Shown here: one piece after another, positions 49,580-58,981 of the stretch
Numbering within the stretch: position 1 is the first letter of the stretch
Layout of the letters: each line of letters starts with the position of its first letter
Assembly (NCBI GenBank): GCA_963783885.1
Contig: CAWAPJ010000012.1
Coordinates: 1-64,000 of the forward strand
Source: Waddliaceae bacterium
GTDB lineage: Bacteria; Chlamydiota; Chlamydiia; Chlamydiales; SLFE01
Direction of reading: 5' to 3'
Length of the DNA stretch: 64,000 nt
Position numbers and translations under genes: made by a program
The notes under the pieces: generated by a model
The model's database searches: none
The model's input: the letters and a program-made list of their open reading frames with translations, nothing else
What the model was told of the DNA's origin: nothing

Positions 49580-49975
49580 ATGACCAGTACTCACTCAACT
49601 AATGAAGCCAACCAAAAAAGAGATGACCTTCTAACAGGTAAAATCATAGGTGCTGCGATTGAAGTTCACCGAAGATTAGGTCCAGGCTTGCTTGAATCAA
49701 CATACGAAACCTGTCTTTGCTACGAATTGAACCTTGCGGGTTTGAAAGTTAACCGGCAGATACCAGTACCTAATAAAAAACTAGACTCAGGCTACCGGAT
49801 CTATATGATAGTGGAAGATAAGGTTATTTTGGAGATAAAATCTGTGGCTAATCTCTTGCCTGTGCATGAAGCCCAACTTCTATCATATCTTAAGCATAAT
49901 GGTGGTGGCAGGGGTTTGCTTATCAATTTCAATGTAAAACTTCTTAAAAATGGGATTAGGCGACTAATCATTTAA
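49580..49975 (+). CDS. GxxExxY protein, copy 2 (12-bp in-frame deletion, RID to RIY)
   Basis: Near-identical to 23660-24067 apart from these changes. Confidence 0.88.
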   Translation: MTSTHSTNEANQKRDDLLTGKIIGAAIEVHRRLGPGLLESTYETCLCYELNLAGLKVNRQIPVPNKKLDSGYRIYMIVEDKVILEIKSVANLLPVHEAQLLSYLKHNGGGRGLLINFNVKLLKNGIRRLII

Positions 49976-50100
49976 TTCCTCTCTCATAATCTCTCAGTGA
50001 GCTCGGTGATCTCAGTGGTGATTTATGCAGCAACGCCCCTGCTCGCTCTACCTGCATTCATATCACATTTTTTTGGGCGATACTATAACATAAGCAAATT

Positions 50101-51477
50101 TTACTGCAAAGCCCGCATTCCGCCGAGGACTTGGCAGACATTTTTCCTCCCTAGCTGCAGCAGGTAAGAGGCCGCGATCGACGAGCGCATCCCTCCTCCG
50201 CAAACGACACCCACCGGCCGATCTGTGGGCACTTCATCGACTCGCTTCGACAGCTCGCCCGCGTGAATGTTGAAAGCACCCTCCAAATGCCCCTCCTCCC
50301 ATTCCGAAGGAGTACGGACATCCAGGATAAACAAATTCTCGCCGGATGCAACTTTTTGAGCCGCCTCTTGAATCGTTAACGTTTTCAGCGACCCTACGTC
50401 CCTGCCCGATTTTTTCCACGCGGCAACCCCCCCATCGACAAACCCTCTGATATTGTCCAGTCCAATTCGAGTCAACTGCCAGACAATCTCTTGCTCATCC
50501 TGATCCTCATCTTTGATAATGACAAGCGGCCGATCGTAGGGAACTGTCCATCCCGCCCACAGTGCCAGCCTTTCGGTTGTCGGAATGTTTAATGATCCTG
50601 GGATGTGCTGCTTGGCAAAATGAACATCCGGCCTGACGTCCAAAAGAAACGGTCGCTCGATTGCATCAAACTCATCCATGGACAAAGGTTTTAAGCCGGG
50701 AATAGTCCCCGCCAATAAATCCGGACCTTGTGCGTTTACCCGCTTCATGATCGAAAAATAAGAAGGCATTGGCGGCATATCGGCAAGCAGCTGCTCGATC
50801 CATTCGGGTTCGGGCATTTTCTTCAGCGAAGGATTTGACTTCCTTTCCTCACCCACGGTTGTCGACTCCCGCCCGCTGATTGCTTTGCCGCAAAGCGACC
50901 CCTCGCCATGGGCCGGATACACCTCGACCTTATCATCGTATTGAGGAAGAATGCCAAAGACGCTGCGGTACAGCGCATGCGACAGTTTTTCCTGCTCTTT
51001 TTCTCCGAGAAGATCGGGACGTCCTATGCTGCCGACAAAGAGAAAATCCCCGGAAAATATCATCAACGGGCTGTCCTTGTCGATCTCATCATCATAGAGT
51101 TCCCAGAGAATATGCTCGGGGGTATGGCCCGGTGAATGCCTGGCTTTTAACCTGATTTGTCCTAAAATCACCTCTCCTCCATCATCAACTACCCTGTCGG
51201 CATAGGAAGGAGTCCACTGATCCCCTCCAAGGCCCGAGCAATGGATGCGAGGCTTGCCATCAAGGGCGGCCTTCAGCTCCTTGGCGCCGCTAATGAAGTC
51301 GGCATGAACGTGCGTTTCCAATATATCCGTGATTTCATACCCCGCGTCCTTTGAAACGGCGGTAAATTCGCCCACATCGCGTACAGGATCGATAACCGCC
51401 ATTTTTTTGGTCTTGGGATCCCCAATCATGTAGGAAAAAATTGACAGGCCTGGCGTCGCTTTTTTTCTGAAAAACAT
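50101..51477 (-). CDS. MBL-fold persulfide dioxygenase-rhodanese fusion
   Basis: ETHVHADF, PGHTPEH, GRPDL, PAHG and a C-terminal rhodanese CGGGMRS. Confidence 0.9.
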   Translation of the reverse strand: MFFRKKATPGLSIFSYMIGDPKTKKMAVIDPVRDVGEFTAVSKDAGYEITDILETHVHADFISGAKELKAALDGKPRIHCSGLGGDQWTPSYADRVVDDGGEVILGQIRLKARHSPGHTPEHILWELYDDEIDKDSPLMIFSGDFLFVGSIGRPDLLGEKEQEKLSHALYRSVFGILPQYDDKVEVYPAHGEGSLCGKAISGRESTTVGEERKSNPSLKKMPEPEWIEQLLADMPPMPSYFSIMKRVNAQGPDLLAGTIPGLKPLSMDEFDAIERPFLLDVRPDVHFAKQHIPGSLNIPTTERLALWAGWTVPYDRPLVIIKDEDQDEQEIVWQLTRIGLDNIRGFVDGGVAAWKKSGRDVGSLKTLTIQEAAQKVASGENLFILDVRTPSEWEEGHLEGAFNIHAGELSKRVDEVPTDRPVGVVCGGGMRSSIAASYLLQLGRKNVCQVLGGMRALQ

Positions 51478-51490
51478 GAGGCTTCCTCCA

Positions 51491-51519
51491 TTGACTTTTT
51501 TCTAAAAATTTGATATAGT
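51491..51519 (+). promoter_or_regulatory. Sigma70-type promoter
   Basis: TTGACT-N17-TATAGT upstream of 51542. Confidence 0.6.
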
Positions 51520-51541
51520 TATATTTAATCAAAGGATTTTA

Positions 51542-52219
51542 ATGCACACATTTTTTAAAGAAATAAAAGCTTCATTTTACAGTGCTTTGGTCTTTTTAAA
51601 GGGTAAAAGCTCCAATTTCAGCTATTACGGCTTAAATCCTTCCGAGCTCACCCCAGAGCAGGCCAGACAGCCGGCAATCCTCTGTCTTCATGGCGTCAAG
51701 CACAATCAGTCGGGTTGGTTAAAATTGGCAAAAAAGCTGCGTAAAAAGGCCCGGGGTCCCATATATACGCTCAATATCCGCTATGACCTGAAAACAGAAA
51801 TTGACCAGGTAAGAAGTTGCATTGACGAAATCAAAAAACATTATGCCGAACATGGACAGGAGCTCAGACTGCGCATTATCGGCCATTCTTTCGGCGGAAT
51901 CATCGCAGCGTCAGCTTACCATCTGATCGAAGGTGTAACGATTGAACGGATCATTACTATCGCAAGCCGCCTCCGCTGGTTTCCCCATTTTGCCCGCAGC
52001 CAATCCCAAAAGCTGGGGGACATCATCAACAGCTTCAAAGAAAAAATTCACGATATACCTCTCTACAACATTGTCGCCGACAAAGACTGGCTGGTTCCCA
52101 AGGAAGCCACGCTGGTCGTGCAAGATCCCGCCAAATATCACATCGTGAAAAATACAAGCCATCTCTCGGTTCTCTATGATCAGGAAACCGAAAACAAAAT
52201 TATTCAGTGGGTCGCTTAA
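51542..52219 (+). CDS. Alpha/beta hydrolase (lipase/esterase-like)
   Basis: LHG, GHSFGG, DWLVP and SHLSVL. Confidence 0.85.
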   Translation: MHTFFKEIKASFYSALVFLKGKSSNFSYYGLNPSELTPEQARQPAILCLHGVKHNQSGWLKLAKKLRKKARGPIYTLNIRYDLKTEIDQVRSCIDEIKKHYAEHGQELRLRIIGHSFGGIIAASAYHLIEGVTIERIITIASRLRWFPHFARSQSQKLGDIINSFKEKIHDIPLYNIVADKDWLVPKEATLVVQDPAKYHIVKNTSHLSVLYDQETENKIIQWVA

Positions 52220-52333
52220 GCCGTGATTACGACCTAAACTCTCTACTAAAGTCCTTGCGCATTGCTTTATACTCTTTCTTTTTTTTTCCAAGTATGCCAA
52301 TCTTCTCGATTAGAGAAAAAAGGAGTTCAAGCT

Positions 52334-52702
52334 ATGAGTGCAAATGCAGCAAACTATACTTCAGGAGTCACCGGCGAATGGGGCAAAACCAACTTGATCA
52401 GCCCTTTCGTCACCTTTTATGGCATCGGATTCATCAAAATAGCCACAGGAACACTAAACCCGATAACTGCGGCTCTTATGGCTGTCATATCATCAGTTTC
52501 CGATGTGGCCGCCTCATGCATCACTAAAGGGTCGCAAAGACATGCCGATATGAATTTCCGATTAGCGGCGACAATAATCATCCCTTTTACAGTCGCCATA
52601 GCCTTCGGATGCTCTTTCCCGGTCGCTTTGACGACGACAATCATCATGTTCGCTAACCGCATGCTTCTCCATAAATTTCTCTCCGAAAATTCCAACGAAT
52701 AA
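52334..52702 (+). CDS. Small membrane protein
   Basis: RBS AAGGAG and several hydrophobic segments. Confidence 0.6.
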   Translation: MSANAANYTSGVTGEWGKTNLISPFVTFYGIGFIKIATGTLNPITAALMAVISSVSDVAASCITKGSQRHADMNFRLAATIIIPFTVAIAFGCSFPVALTTTIIMFANRMLLHKFLSENSNE

Positions 52703-52758
52703 AATAATTGTAAAAAATTTGGCATTCCCTTAAGTAGGTACCTTTAAGGGAGTGCTGA

Positions 52759-53922
52759 ATGAAGACATCAACCGAAAAATCCAAAGAGCTGGTTTCCACA
52801 GTGTTAGGGTGGGCCGGCGTCGAATTCAACGGCAAAAGGCCTTTTGATATCCAGGTCCATGACGAACGCTTATACGACAGGCTGCTTAAAGACAGGGATC
52901 TCGGGTTCGGCGAGTCGTATATGGATGGCTGGTGGGATACCCTGCGTCTGGATATCCTTGCCGAAAAAGTTATCGAAGCCCAGCTTCACAACAAAATCAA
53001 GAAGAATCCCCGCTTGCTTTTTTCGGCTCTCCGCTACTACCTCTTTAACGCTCAAACTAAACAGGGTTCAAAAAAAGTCGCTGTCGAACACTACGACCTA
53101 GGCAACAACCTCTATGAGCTGATGCTCGATAAGAACTTAAGCTACAGCTGCGGGTATTGGAAATTCGCCAAAGATCTCGATGAAGCCCAAGAACATAAGC
53201 TGGAGATGATCTGTCAAAAGCTGCAGCTTAGGCCCGGAATGAAATTGCTAGACATTGGCTGCGGCTGGGGAGCTATGGCCAAGCATGCGGCAAAAAATTA
53301 CGGGGTCGACGTCGTCGGCATCACCATTTCAAAAGAACAGCAAAAGTTGGCTCAAGAGAGATGCCGCGGCCTTCCCGTGACCATCCGCCTTCAGGACTAT
53401 CGGGAAGTCAAGGAATCATTCGACCGTATTGTCTCTATCGGCATGTTCGAACATGTCGGATACAAAAATTATAACACTTTTATGAAAATTTGTAACAAAA
53501 TCCTAACGGATAAAGGGCTGTTTCTCCTTCACACCATCGGAGGCAACCAGTCGAGAATCATGGGACATCCCTGGATTCAAAAATATATCTTTCCTCATGG
53601 CATGCTTCCCTCGATTAAACAAATTGGAGAATCCATCGAAAAGCGATTTGTTATGGAGGACTGGCATAACTTAAGTACCAATTATGACAAAACCCTCATG
53701 GCCTGGCACAAAAATTTCAATCAAAACTGGCCGATTTTAAAGGAATTCCACTCAGAAAAATTCAAGCGGATGTGGAACTTCTACCTCCTGTTTTGCGCAG
53801 GAGCATTCCGATCGCGCTACATACAACTTTGGCAAATCGTTCTTTCGAAGAATGGCACTGAAGGCGGTTACCATATTCGCGATTTAAACCCGGCTCAAAA
53901 AAAGGAGCTGATTCATGGCTGA
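52759..53922 (+). CDS. cfa: Cyclopropane fatty acyl phospholipid synthase
   Basis: GFGESYMDGWW, HYDLGN, LDIGCGWG and SIGMFEHVG. Confidence 0.95.
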   Translation: MKTSTEKSKELVSTVLGWAGVEFNGKRPFDIQVHDERLYDRLLKDRDLGFGESYMDGWWDTLRLDILAEKVIEAQLHNKIKKNPRLLFSALRYYLFNAQTKQGSKKVAVEHYDLGNNLYELMLDKNLSYSCGYWKFAKDLDEAQEHKLEMICQKLQLRPGMKLLDIGCGWGAMAKHAAKNYGVDVVGITISKEQQKLAQERCRGLPVTIRLQDYREVKESFDRIVSIGMFEHVGYKNYNTFMKICNKILTDKGLFLLHTIGGNQSRIMGHPWIQKYIFPHGMLPSIKQIGESIEKRFVMEDWHNLSTNYDKTLMAWHKNFNQNWPILKEFHSEKFKRMWNFYLLFCAGAFRSRYIQLWQIVLSKNGTEGGYHIRDLNPAQKKELIHG

Positions 53923-54361
53923 CTTAACAATTGACAGCCCCGCTTTCGTGCATGAGCAGCCCATACCCTCTAAATACAGCTGCCAGGGAAAAGATATCAA
54001 TCCCCCTCTTCACATCGATGGGGTTCCCGAAGGAACGAAAACCCTTGTCCTCATCATGGACGACCCGGACGCGCCGATGGGAACCTGGGACCACTGGATT
54101 ATGTGGAATATCCCTCCCAAATCCCAAATAGAAGAAGACAGCGTTCCCAAAGGAGCTGTGCAAGGGAAAAACAGCTGGAAGAGAAACGACTACGGAGGCC
54201 CTTGTCCCCCCTCGGGCACCCACCGCTATTTCTTCAAACTCTATGCACTCGACAAAACTCTGGATCTGCCCGCTTCAGCCGGCAAAAAGGATGTGGAGGC
54301 CGCAATGAACGGCCACATTCTTGCCGAAGCGGTCTTGATGGGAACCTATAAGAAGAATTAG
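53915..54361 (+). CDS. YbhB/YbcL (PEBP/RKIP-like) protein
   Basis: DDPDAP...WDHW and GPCPPSGTHRYFF. Confidence 0.93.
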   Translation: MADLTIDSPAFVHEQPIPSKYSCQGKDINPPLHIDGVPEGTKTLVLIMDDPDAPMGTWDHWIMWNIPPKSQIEEDSVPKGAVQGKNSWKRNDYGGPCPPSGTHRYFFKLYALDKTLDLPASAGKKDVEAAMNGHILAEAVLMGTYKKN

Positions 54362-54363
54362 AC

Positions 54364-55002
54364 ATGATCTTTGAAGACCGCCAAGACGCCGGCAAAAAGC
54401 TTGCCGAAAAGCTGCTTCAATACCAAAATATTCCCGATGGTATTGTGGTCGGTCTTCCGAGAGGAGGTGTTGTCGTCGCTTGCGAAGTCGCCAGGCGCCT
54501 GTCGCTTCCCTTGGATGTCGTCTGTCCCCGAAAAATCGGCGCCCCCTTCAACCCCGAATACGCCATCGGTGCAATCACAGAAACCGGCGAGGGAATATTT
54601 AATGAAGAGGCCATTTCCTATCTCAATATATCCGCCGAGCATATCAAAGAAACAGTCGAATTTGAAAAAAAACAAGCCCAAAGACGTCTTGAGCTTTTCC
54701 GAAAAGGACTTCCGCCCCGAGACTTTAAGGACAAAATCATGATTATTGTCGATGACGGCCTCGCTACCGGTTCCACAATGAAAGCCGCAATCAAGTCCGT
54801 CAAAGCCGAGGGGGCAAAAGAGATCATTTGCGCCGTGCCGGTTTCCCCTCCCGACACATACAGGGAGATTGAAGGCATGGTCGACAAAATAATCTGCCTC
54901 GATACCCCCCACTTATTCCAGGCAGTAGGGCAATTCTATGAAGACTTCCGAGCCACAGAAGACGAGGATGTCGCGGCCATCATGCAATCTTTCAAAAAGT
55001 GA
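54364..55002 (+). CDS. Phosphoribosyltransferase family protein
   Basis: FEDRQDAG, LPRGG and VDDGLATG. Confidence 0.9.
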   Translation: MIFEDRQDAGKKLAEKLLQYQNIPDGIVVGLPRGGVVVACEVARRLSLPLDVVCPRKIGAPFNPEYAIGAITETGEGIFNEEAISYLNISAEHIKETVEFEKKQAQRRLELFRKGLPPRDFKDKIMIIVDDGLATGSTMKAAIKSVKAEGAKEIICAVPVSPPDTYREIEGMVDKIICLDTPHLFQAVGQFYEDFRATEDEDVAAIMQSFKK

Positions 55003-55948
55003 GGGAATTGTCCTTCAATTCGAGGTCTGTCTCGAATTCTTTAGAGAGCAGCTTCATTCTTTCTACCGTTTCGGCAAAATCCTGACCGGTGGAATGGTTA
55101 ACCTGGAAATTGGATATAAGAGTCGGGATCAGCTGCACATCTTCCACCCCTTCTTTATCCACAGTCACTTTAAAGAAAAACGAGCGGTCATTGCGCAAAA
55201 TCGGATCCACATAATAGTCATCAACGAAATCGCCTGTATCATACAGGATTAGTTTGCGGTCGAAATATTCTATTCCCTGAAAGATATGTGCGCTGTGGCC
55301 ATGAAAGATATCGGCGCCTGCATCCATGATATCGTGGACAAAATTCACGAGATACTTTGACGGCCTTTCCTGCATGTTCGGCCCTAAATGTCCGCTCACA
55401 ATCGCTATATCGACCTGTTCTTTGAGCTCTGCGATATCCTTCCCGATCTTTTCAATGTCCCCCTCCTCCACATATCGGATTCCGGAAGAGAGGTCTTTCG
55501 CTTCCCATCCCGGTTCATTGTCAGTAATTCCGAGCAGACCTATTGTGATCTCGTTTTTCGTCATGATAACAGGGCGGCTAGCCTCGCGAAGATTTTTTCC
55601 CGCCCCTACATGCAGGATGCCGGCGTCATCAAGCGTTTGCAGCGTTTCCAGAAGTCCAGATTCTGAAAAGTCAAGGACATGGTTGTTCGCGAGGTTGACC
55701 GCATGGACATTCGCCTCCAAAAGGGCCTGAACGTTTGCGGGATCGGACTTGAAATTAAAAACCTTGTCGACCTTTTGTCTGCTTGTCGTCAAAGCCGCTT
55801 CAAGATTAAAAATATTGATGTCTGTAGAGCGAATTTCAGGAAGCATATCTCCCCAAAGATAAAGCGGGCGGGCAGTTGAAAGATGGCGGTTCACCAACCT
55901 GCCGATCATCACATCTCCAGAGAAACCGATGACCAATTTCTCATTCAT
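54992..55948 (-). CDS. CapA/PGA_cap family metallophosphatase
   Basis: GDVMIGR, NLE, LANNHVLDF, GHSAH and GDFVDDY. Confidence 0.9.
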   Translation of the reverse strand: MNEKLVIGFSGDVMIGRLVNRHLSTARPLYLWGDMLPEIRSTDINIFNLEAALTTSRQKVDKVFNFKSDPANVQALLEANVHAVNLANNHVLDFSESGLLETLQTLDDAGILHVGAGKNLREASRPVIMTKNEITIGLLGITDNEPGWEAKDLSSGIRYVEEGDIEKIGKDIAELKEQVDIAIVSGHLGPNMQERPSKYLVNFVHDIMDAGADIFHGHSAHIFQGIEYFDRKLILYDTGDFVDDYYVDPILRNDRSFFFKVTVDKEGVEDVQLIPTLISNFQVNHSTGQDFAETVERMKLLSKEFETDLELKDNSLTF

Positions 55949-56598
55949 TAGAGGTGATCCTTAAACCATGCCAACGCTTGATTTGCGACATCCTCAAGCG
56001 CGCCCGGCTCTTCGAAAAGATGCGTCGCGCCTTCGACAATGCTCAACCTTCTCTCGCACTGCATGAGATCCAGTGCTTCTTTATTCAAGTCGATCACCAC
56101 AGTGTCGTCGCCCCCGACGATAAAAAGCGAGGGGCTTTTGACATTTGGAAGATACCTTCCGGCAAGATCGGGCCTGCCTCCGCGGGAGACGACAGCTTGG
56201 ACAATCTCCCCTTTTTCGGCGGCGGCGACAAGAGCCGCGGCCGCTCCCGTACTCGAACCGAACAGCCCGATCGACAGCTTTTTCGTCTCATTGTATTCTG
56301 TCAGCCACTCCACCACTTTAGCAACCCTGCCGGCAAGCATGCCGATATCGAACCGCAAATGGCGGGTAATTAAATCGATCTGCTCTTCATCAGAGGTGAG
56401 CAGGTCGATTAAAAGGGTCGCGATTCCCCCATCGCTTAGCGTCCGGGCAACGGCCTGATTGCGCGGGCTGTGGCGGCTGCTGCCGCTTCCATGGGCAAAA
56501 AGGACAATACCGGTAGCGTTCTCGGGGATAGTGAGAAATCCTTCAAGCTCGACCTCTCCGGCAGCCGCTTTGACTAATTTGGTTCCAGCTTGAGCCAT
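55948..56598 (-). CDS. Dienelactone hydrolase-family protein
   Basis: FAHGSGSSRHSPRN, GSSTG, SRGGRPDLA and HLFEEPG. Confidence 0.9.
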   Translation of the reverse strand: MAQAGTKLVKAAAGEVELEGFLTIPENATGIVLFAHGSGSSRHSPRNQAVARTLSDGGIATLLIDLLTSDEEQIDLITRHLRFDIGMLAGRVAKVVEWLTEYNETKKLSIGLFGSSTGAAAALVAAAEKGEIVQAVVSRGGRPDLAGRYLPNVKSPSLFIVGGDDTVVIDLNKEALDLMQCERRLSIVEGATHLFEEPGALEDVANQALAWFKDHL

Positions 56599-56623
56599 AA
56601 CCTCACGTTAATGGCCCGGTTAT

Positions 56624-57235
56624 TTAGAAGCAATTGGAATTATTGGGCAGGGAATCGATAAACTCCTTGCGATAAGGAGACTCTCGCAATTTTCCTGAGA
56701 AATCGCATGTCCGGGTATAAGAGTCGCTGTCGCGTATGCCCCGCATGCGGACGCACAGATGCTGGGCATCGACCACAACCCCCACATCTTCGGTTTCCAA
56801 AACTTCGATCAAACTCTCTTTGATATGCCTTGTCATCCTCTCCTGTATTTGCGGACGACCGGCAATATGCTGCGCCACTCTGTTGAGCTTGGAAAGTCCG
56901 ATAATCTTTTTATCCGGGATGTAGGCGATGTGGCAGTAGCCGAGAATGGGCATGAAATGATGCTCGCAAATGCTTTTGACCGCGATATTGTACTCAATGA
57001 GCATCTCCCGGTAGTCAAATTCGTTGTCTTGAAGCGTGATCGAGGGGAAATTATCTTCGCTCATCCCGCAAAACAGCTCGTTGACAAGCATTTTGGCATA
57101 GCGCTCGGGTGTTTTTCGGAGATGCTCTTCGGAAAGGTCCATGCCGAGAGTTTCGAGAATATGGCCGAAGTGGCGGCTGATGATCTCGATTTTCTCCTCA
57201 TCGGTAAGACAGCGCAGTTCATTCATAATCGTCAT
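56624..57235 (-). CDS. folE: GTP cyclohydrolase I
   Basis: TPER, SICEHH, GLSKLNR, PQIQER and HLCVRMRG. Confidence 0.95.
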   Translation of the reverse strand: MTIMNELRCLTDEEKIEIISRHFGHILETLGMDLSEEHLRKTPERYAKMLVNELFCGMSEDNFPSITLQDNEFDYREMLIEYNIAVKSICEHHFMPILGYCHIAYIPDKKIIGLSKLNRVAQHIAGRPQIQERMTRHIKESLIEVLETEDVGVVVDAQHLCVRMRGIRDSDSYTRTCDFSGKLRESPYRKEFIDSLPNNSNCF

Positions 57236-57675
57236 AAAGCCGCTTCCGCCCAGCAATTGTCGGTTTCATGAATCACTACTTTTGTCACCCTGACACTCGT
57301 CCCCTCCAGCACTCGGGGTGCCACGGTTTTCAGAAGATACCCCGCCAAATTCTCTGCAGTGGGATTAAACGGGCAGATAAACGGCTTTTTGGGGGCAGAG
57401 ATCCTAGAAAGAGCCTCAATCAACTCCCCGTCCTTCTCATAGACTAAAAAAGCGTGGTCCCAATAGGTATCGATCCATCCCCCGATTTTTTCCTTCAGAA
57501 CCGAAAAATCCACAACCCTTCCCAGCGCATCCAGCCCGTCCGCCTCGGCAGTAATATGAACCCAGTAGTTGTGCCCATGCGGCGAGGCGCAGTGATTCTC
57601 ATGGCCCACCACTCGATGGCCAGCCGAAAAGTGCAGCTTGCGCACGCATTTAAAATCCGCAATTTTGGTTTGCAT
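57232..57675 (-). CDS. queD: QueD/PTPS-family 6-carboxytetrahydropterin synthase
   Basis: FSAGH, CASPHGHNY, PTAEN and ET. Confidence 0.88.
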   Translation of the reverse strand: MQTKIADFKCVRKLHFSAGHRVVGHENHCASPHGHNYWVHITAEADGLDALGRVVDFSVLKEKIGGWIDTYWDHAFLVYEKDGELIEALSRISAPKKPFICPFNPTAENLAGYLLKTVAPRVLEGTSVRVTKVVIHETDNCWAEAAL

Positions 57676-57768
57676 CCATTAATTTTAAGCGTTTAAGGAT
57701 ACAAAGTCAATGTTCTGTTGGTAAAATTATCTTTATGCGATATTAATAGGCATTTTAAGGAGGCAGTT

Positions 57769-58947
57769 ATGAATCCGATAACCCAAACATCAAACTGGCC
57801 GCGTTTTGCCGAGGGAATGAGAAACAACCCCGATGACAAAATCTGCATTAGATTCAAGACAGATAACACCTATTGCTCTCCAACAATCCCTCTTGACGAG
57901 GGAAATGAAGCCAAACGGGAAGGCGATGAAAATTCCTATATCGCCATGTGCGGCTGGAAAGACTTGACTACCGTCGTAGATCCTCTTTGCAACAAAATCA
58001 CTCACAGATTTATCCAGTCCATTGAGACGTCGGACGGCAGACCTCTACTTTATGCCGACCCCCTGGAAGAAGATATAGAGCTAGATGAAATGGGTCCCTC
58101 CGAACCCAAAAAACCTACCATCAGAAGGGGCGAAGTGAATGGAATCAATCTAGATTACAGAATCGAAGGAAGCGGCCCCCTCATTGTCCTGCTGCACGAC
58201 CTTTTCGACACTTATGCCGGTTTCGATGAGTTGATCCAGCAACTTTCGGAAAACTATACCGTCGCCGCTCCCAACCTTCCCGGATTCGGCTTCAGTGATA
58301 AAATGACATCGACACACACCCTTGAAGCCGCCACCGACATTATGGCCGCATTTATCGAAGGGCTTGGAGAAAAGGCCGTTATCGTCGGCCATGGCTATGG
58401 GGGAACCCTCGCGTGGGTTTTGGCCTACCGCCGCCCCGACCTTGTCAAATCTATCGCCGTCGTCAACGGCCCTCATCCGGTGGATTTTGCGAAAAAACAG
58501 ATCTCAAGCACCCAGCTCTTCCGCTCATGGAACTTCTGGGCATTCCAGATCCCCTACCTGCCGCAGTCGATTCTAAAAGCCAATGACGCCTCCTTGCTCA
58601 AGGCGATGATCCGCTCATGGTCGGGGAAACCCCACACACTGAACCTTAAGGCAATGGCCCACGAGATGCAAAAACAGGGTGTTTTAGACGCCGCCTTGGC
58701 GTATTACAAAGGGGCATTGTGGGGTTTTCATCCTTGTACAACGAGTCCCTACGCCGGCAAAGTCAGCGTGCCCGTTAAAGTGATTTGGGGAGAAAACAAC
58801 AGCCGCCTCGGCTCAAGCCTTGCCGAAGGAGCCAAGAACTACACATCGGAGGGAGTCGAGACTCGTACCATTCCTCAAACGGGCCACTGGATCAACCGCG
58901 AAGCCCCCCGGGATCTCGCCAGAGAAATTGACGACATGATGGAATAA
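57769..58947 (+). CDS. Epoxide-hydrolase-like alpha/beta fold with an N-terminal extension and an altered nucleophile
   Basis: LPGFGFS, VGHGYGG, WGE and GHW. Confidence 0.75.
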   Translation: MNPITQTSNWPRFAEGMRNNPDDKICIRFKTDNTYCSPTIPLDEGNEAKREGDENSYIAMCGWKDLTTVVDPLCNKITHRFIQSIETSDGRPLLYADPLEEDIELDEMGPSEPKKPTIRRGEVNGINLDYRIEGSGPLIVLLHDLFDTYAGFDELIQQLSENYTVAAPNLPGFGFSDKMTSTHTLEAATDIMAAFIEGLGEKAVIVGHGYGGTLAWVLAYRRPDLVKSIAVVNGPHPVDFAKKQISSTQLFRSWNFWAFQIPYLPQSILKANDASLLKAMIRSWSGKPHTLNLKAMAHEMQKQGVLDAALAYYKGALWGFHPCTTSPYAGKVSVPVKVIWGENNSRLGSSLAEGAKNYTSEGVETRTIPQTGHWINREAPRDLAREIDDMME

Positions 58948-58970
58948 AAAAGGCCGAAAATTCCCGGCCT
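58946..58970 (-). terminator. Intrinsic terminator
   Basis: Minus strand AGGCCG-GGAATTTT-CGGCCT followed by a T tract, between convergent genes. Confidence 0.6.
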
Positions 58971-58981
58971 ATTCGTAAGCA

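Larger units (their letters stand above)
48858..50037. mobile_element. Decayed second copy of the IS5/GxxExxY element
   Basis: Collinear with 22985-24129. The transposase (start 49496) is broken by deletions and an insertion. The right arm is intact to GCAGCAACGCC and the left end is lost. Confidence 0.88.

Noticed and set aside
56624-57675. folE-queD as a 7-deazaguanine DNA-modification (dpd) system
   Set aside because: No dpdA/tgt-like, queC or queE gene is in the window.
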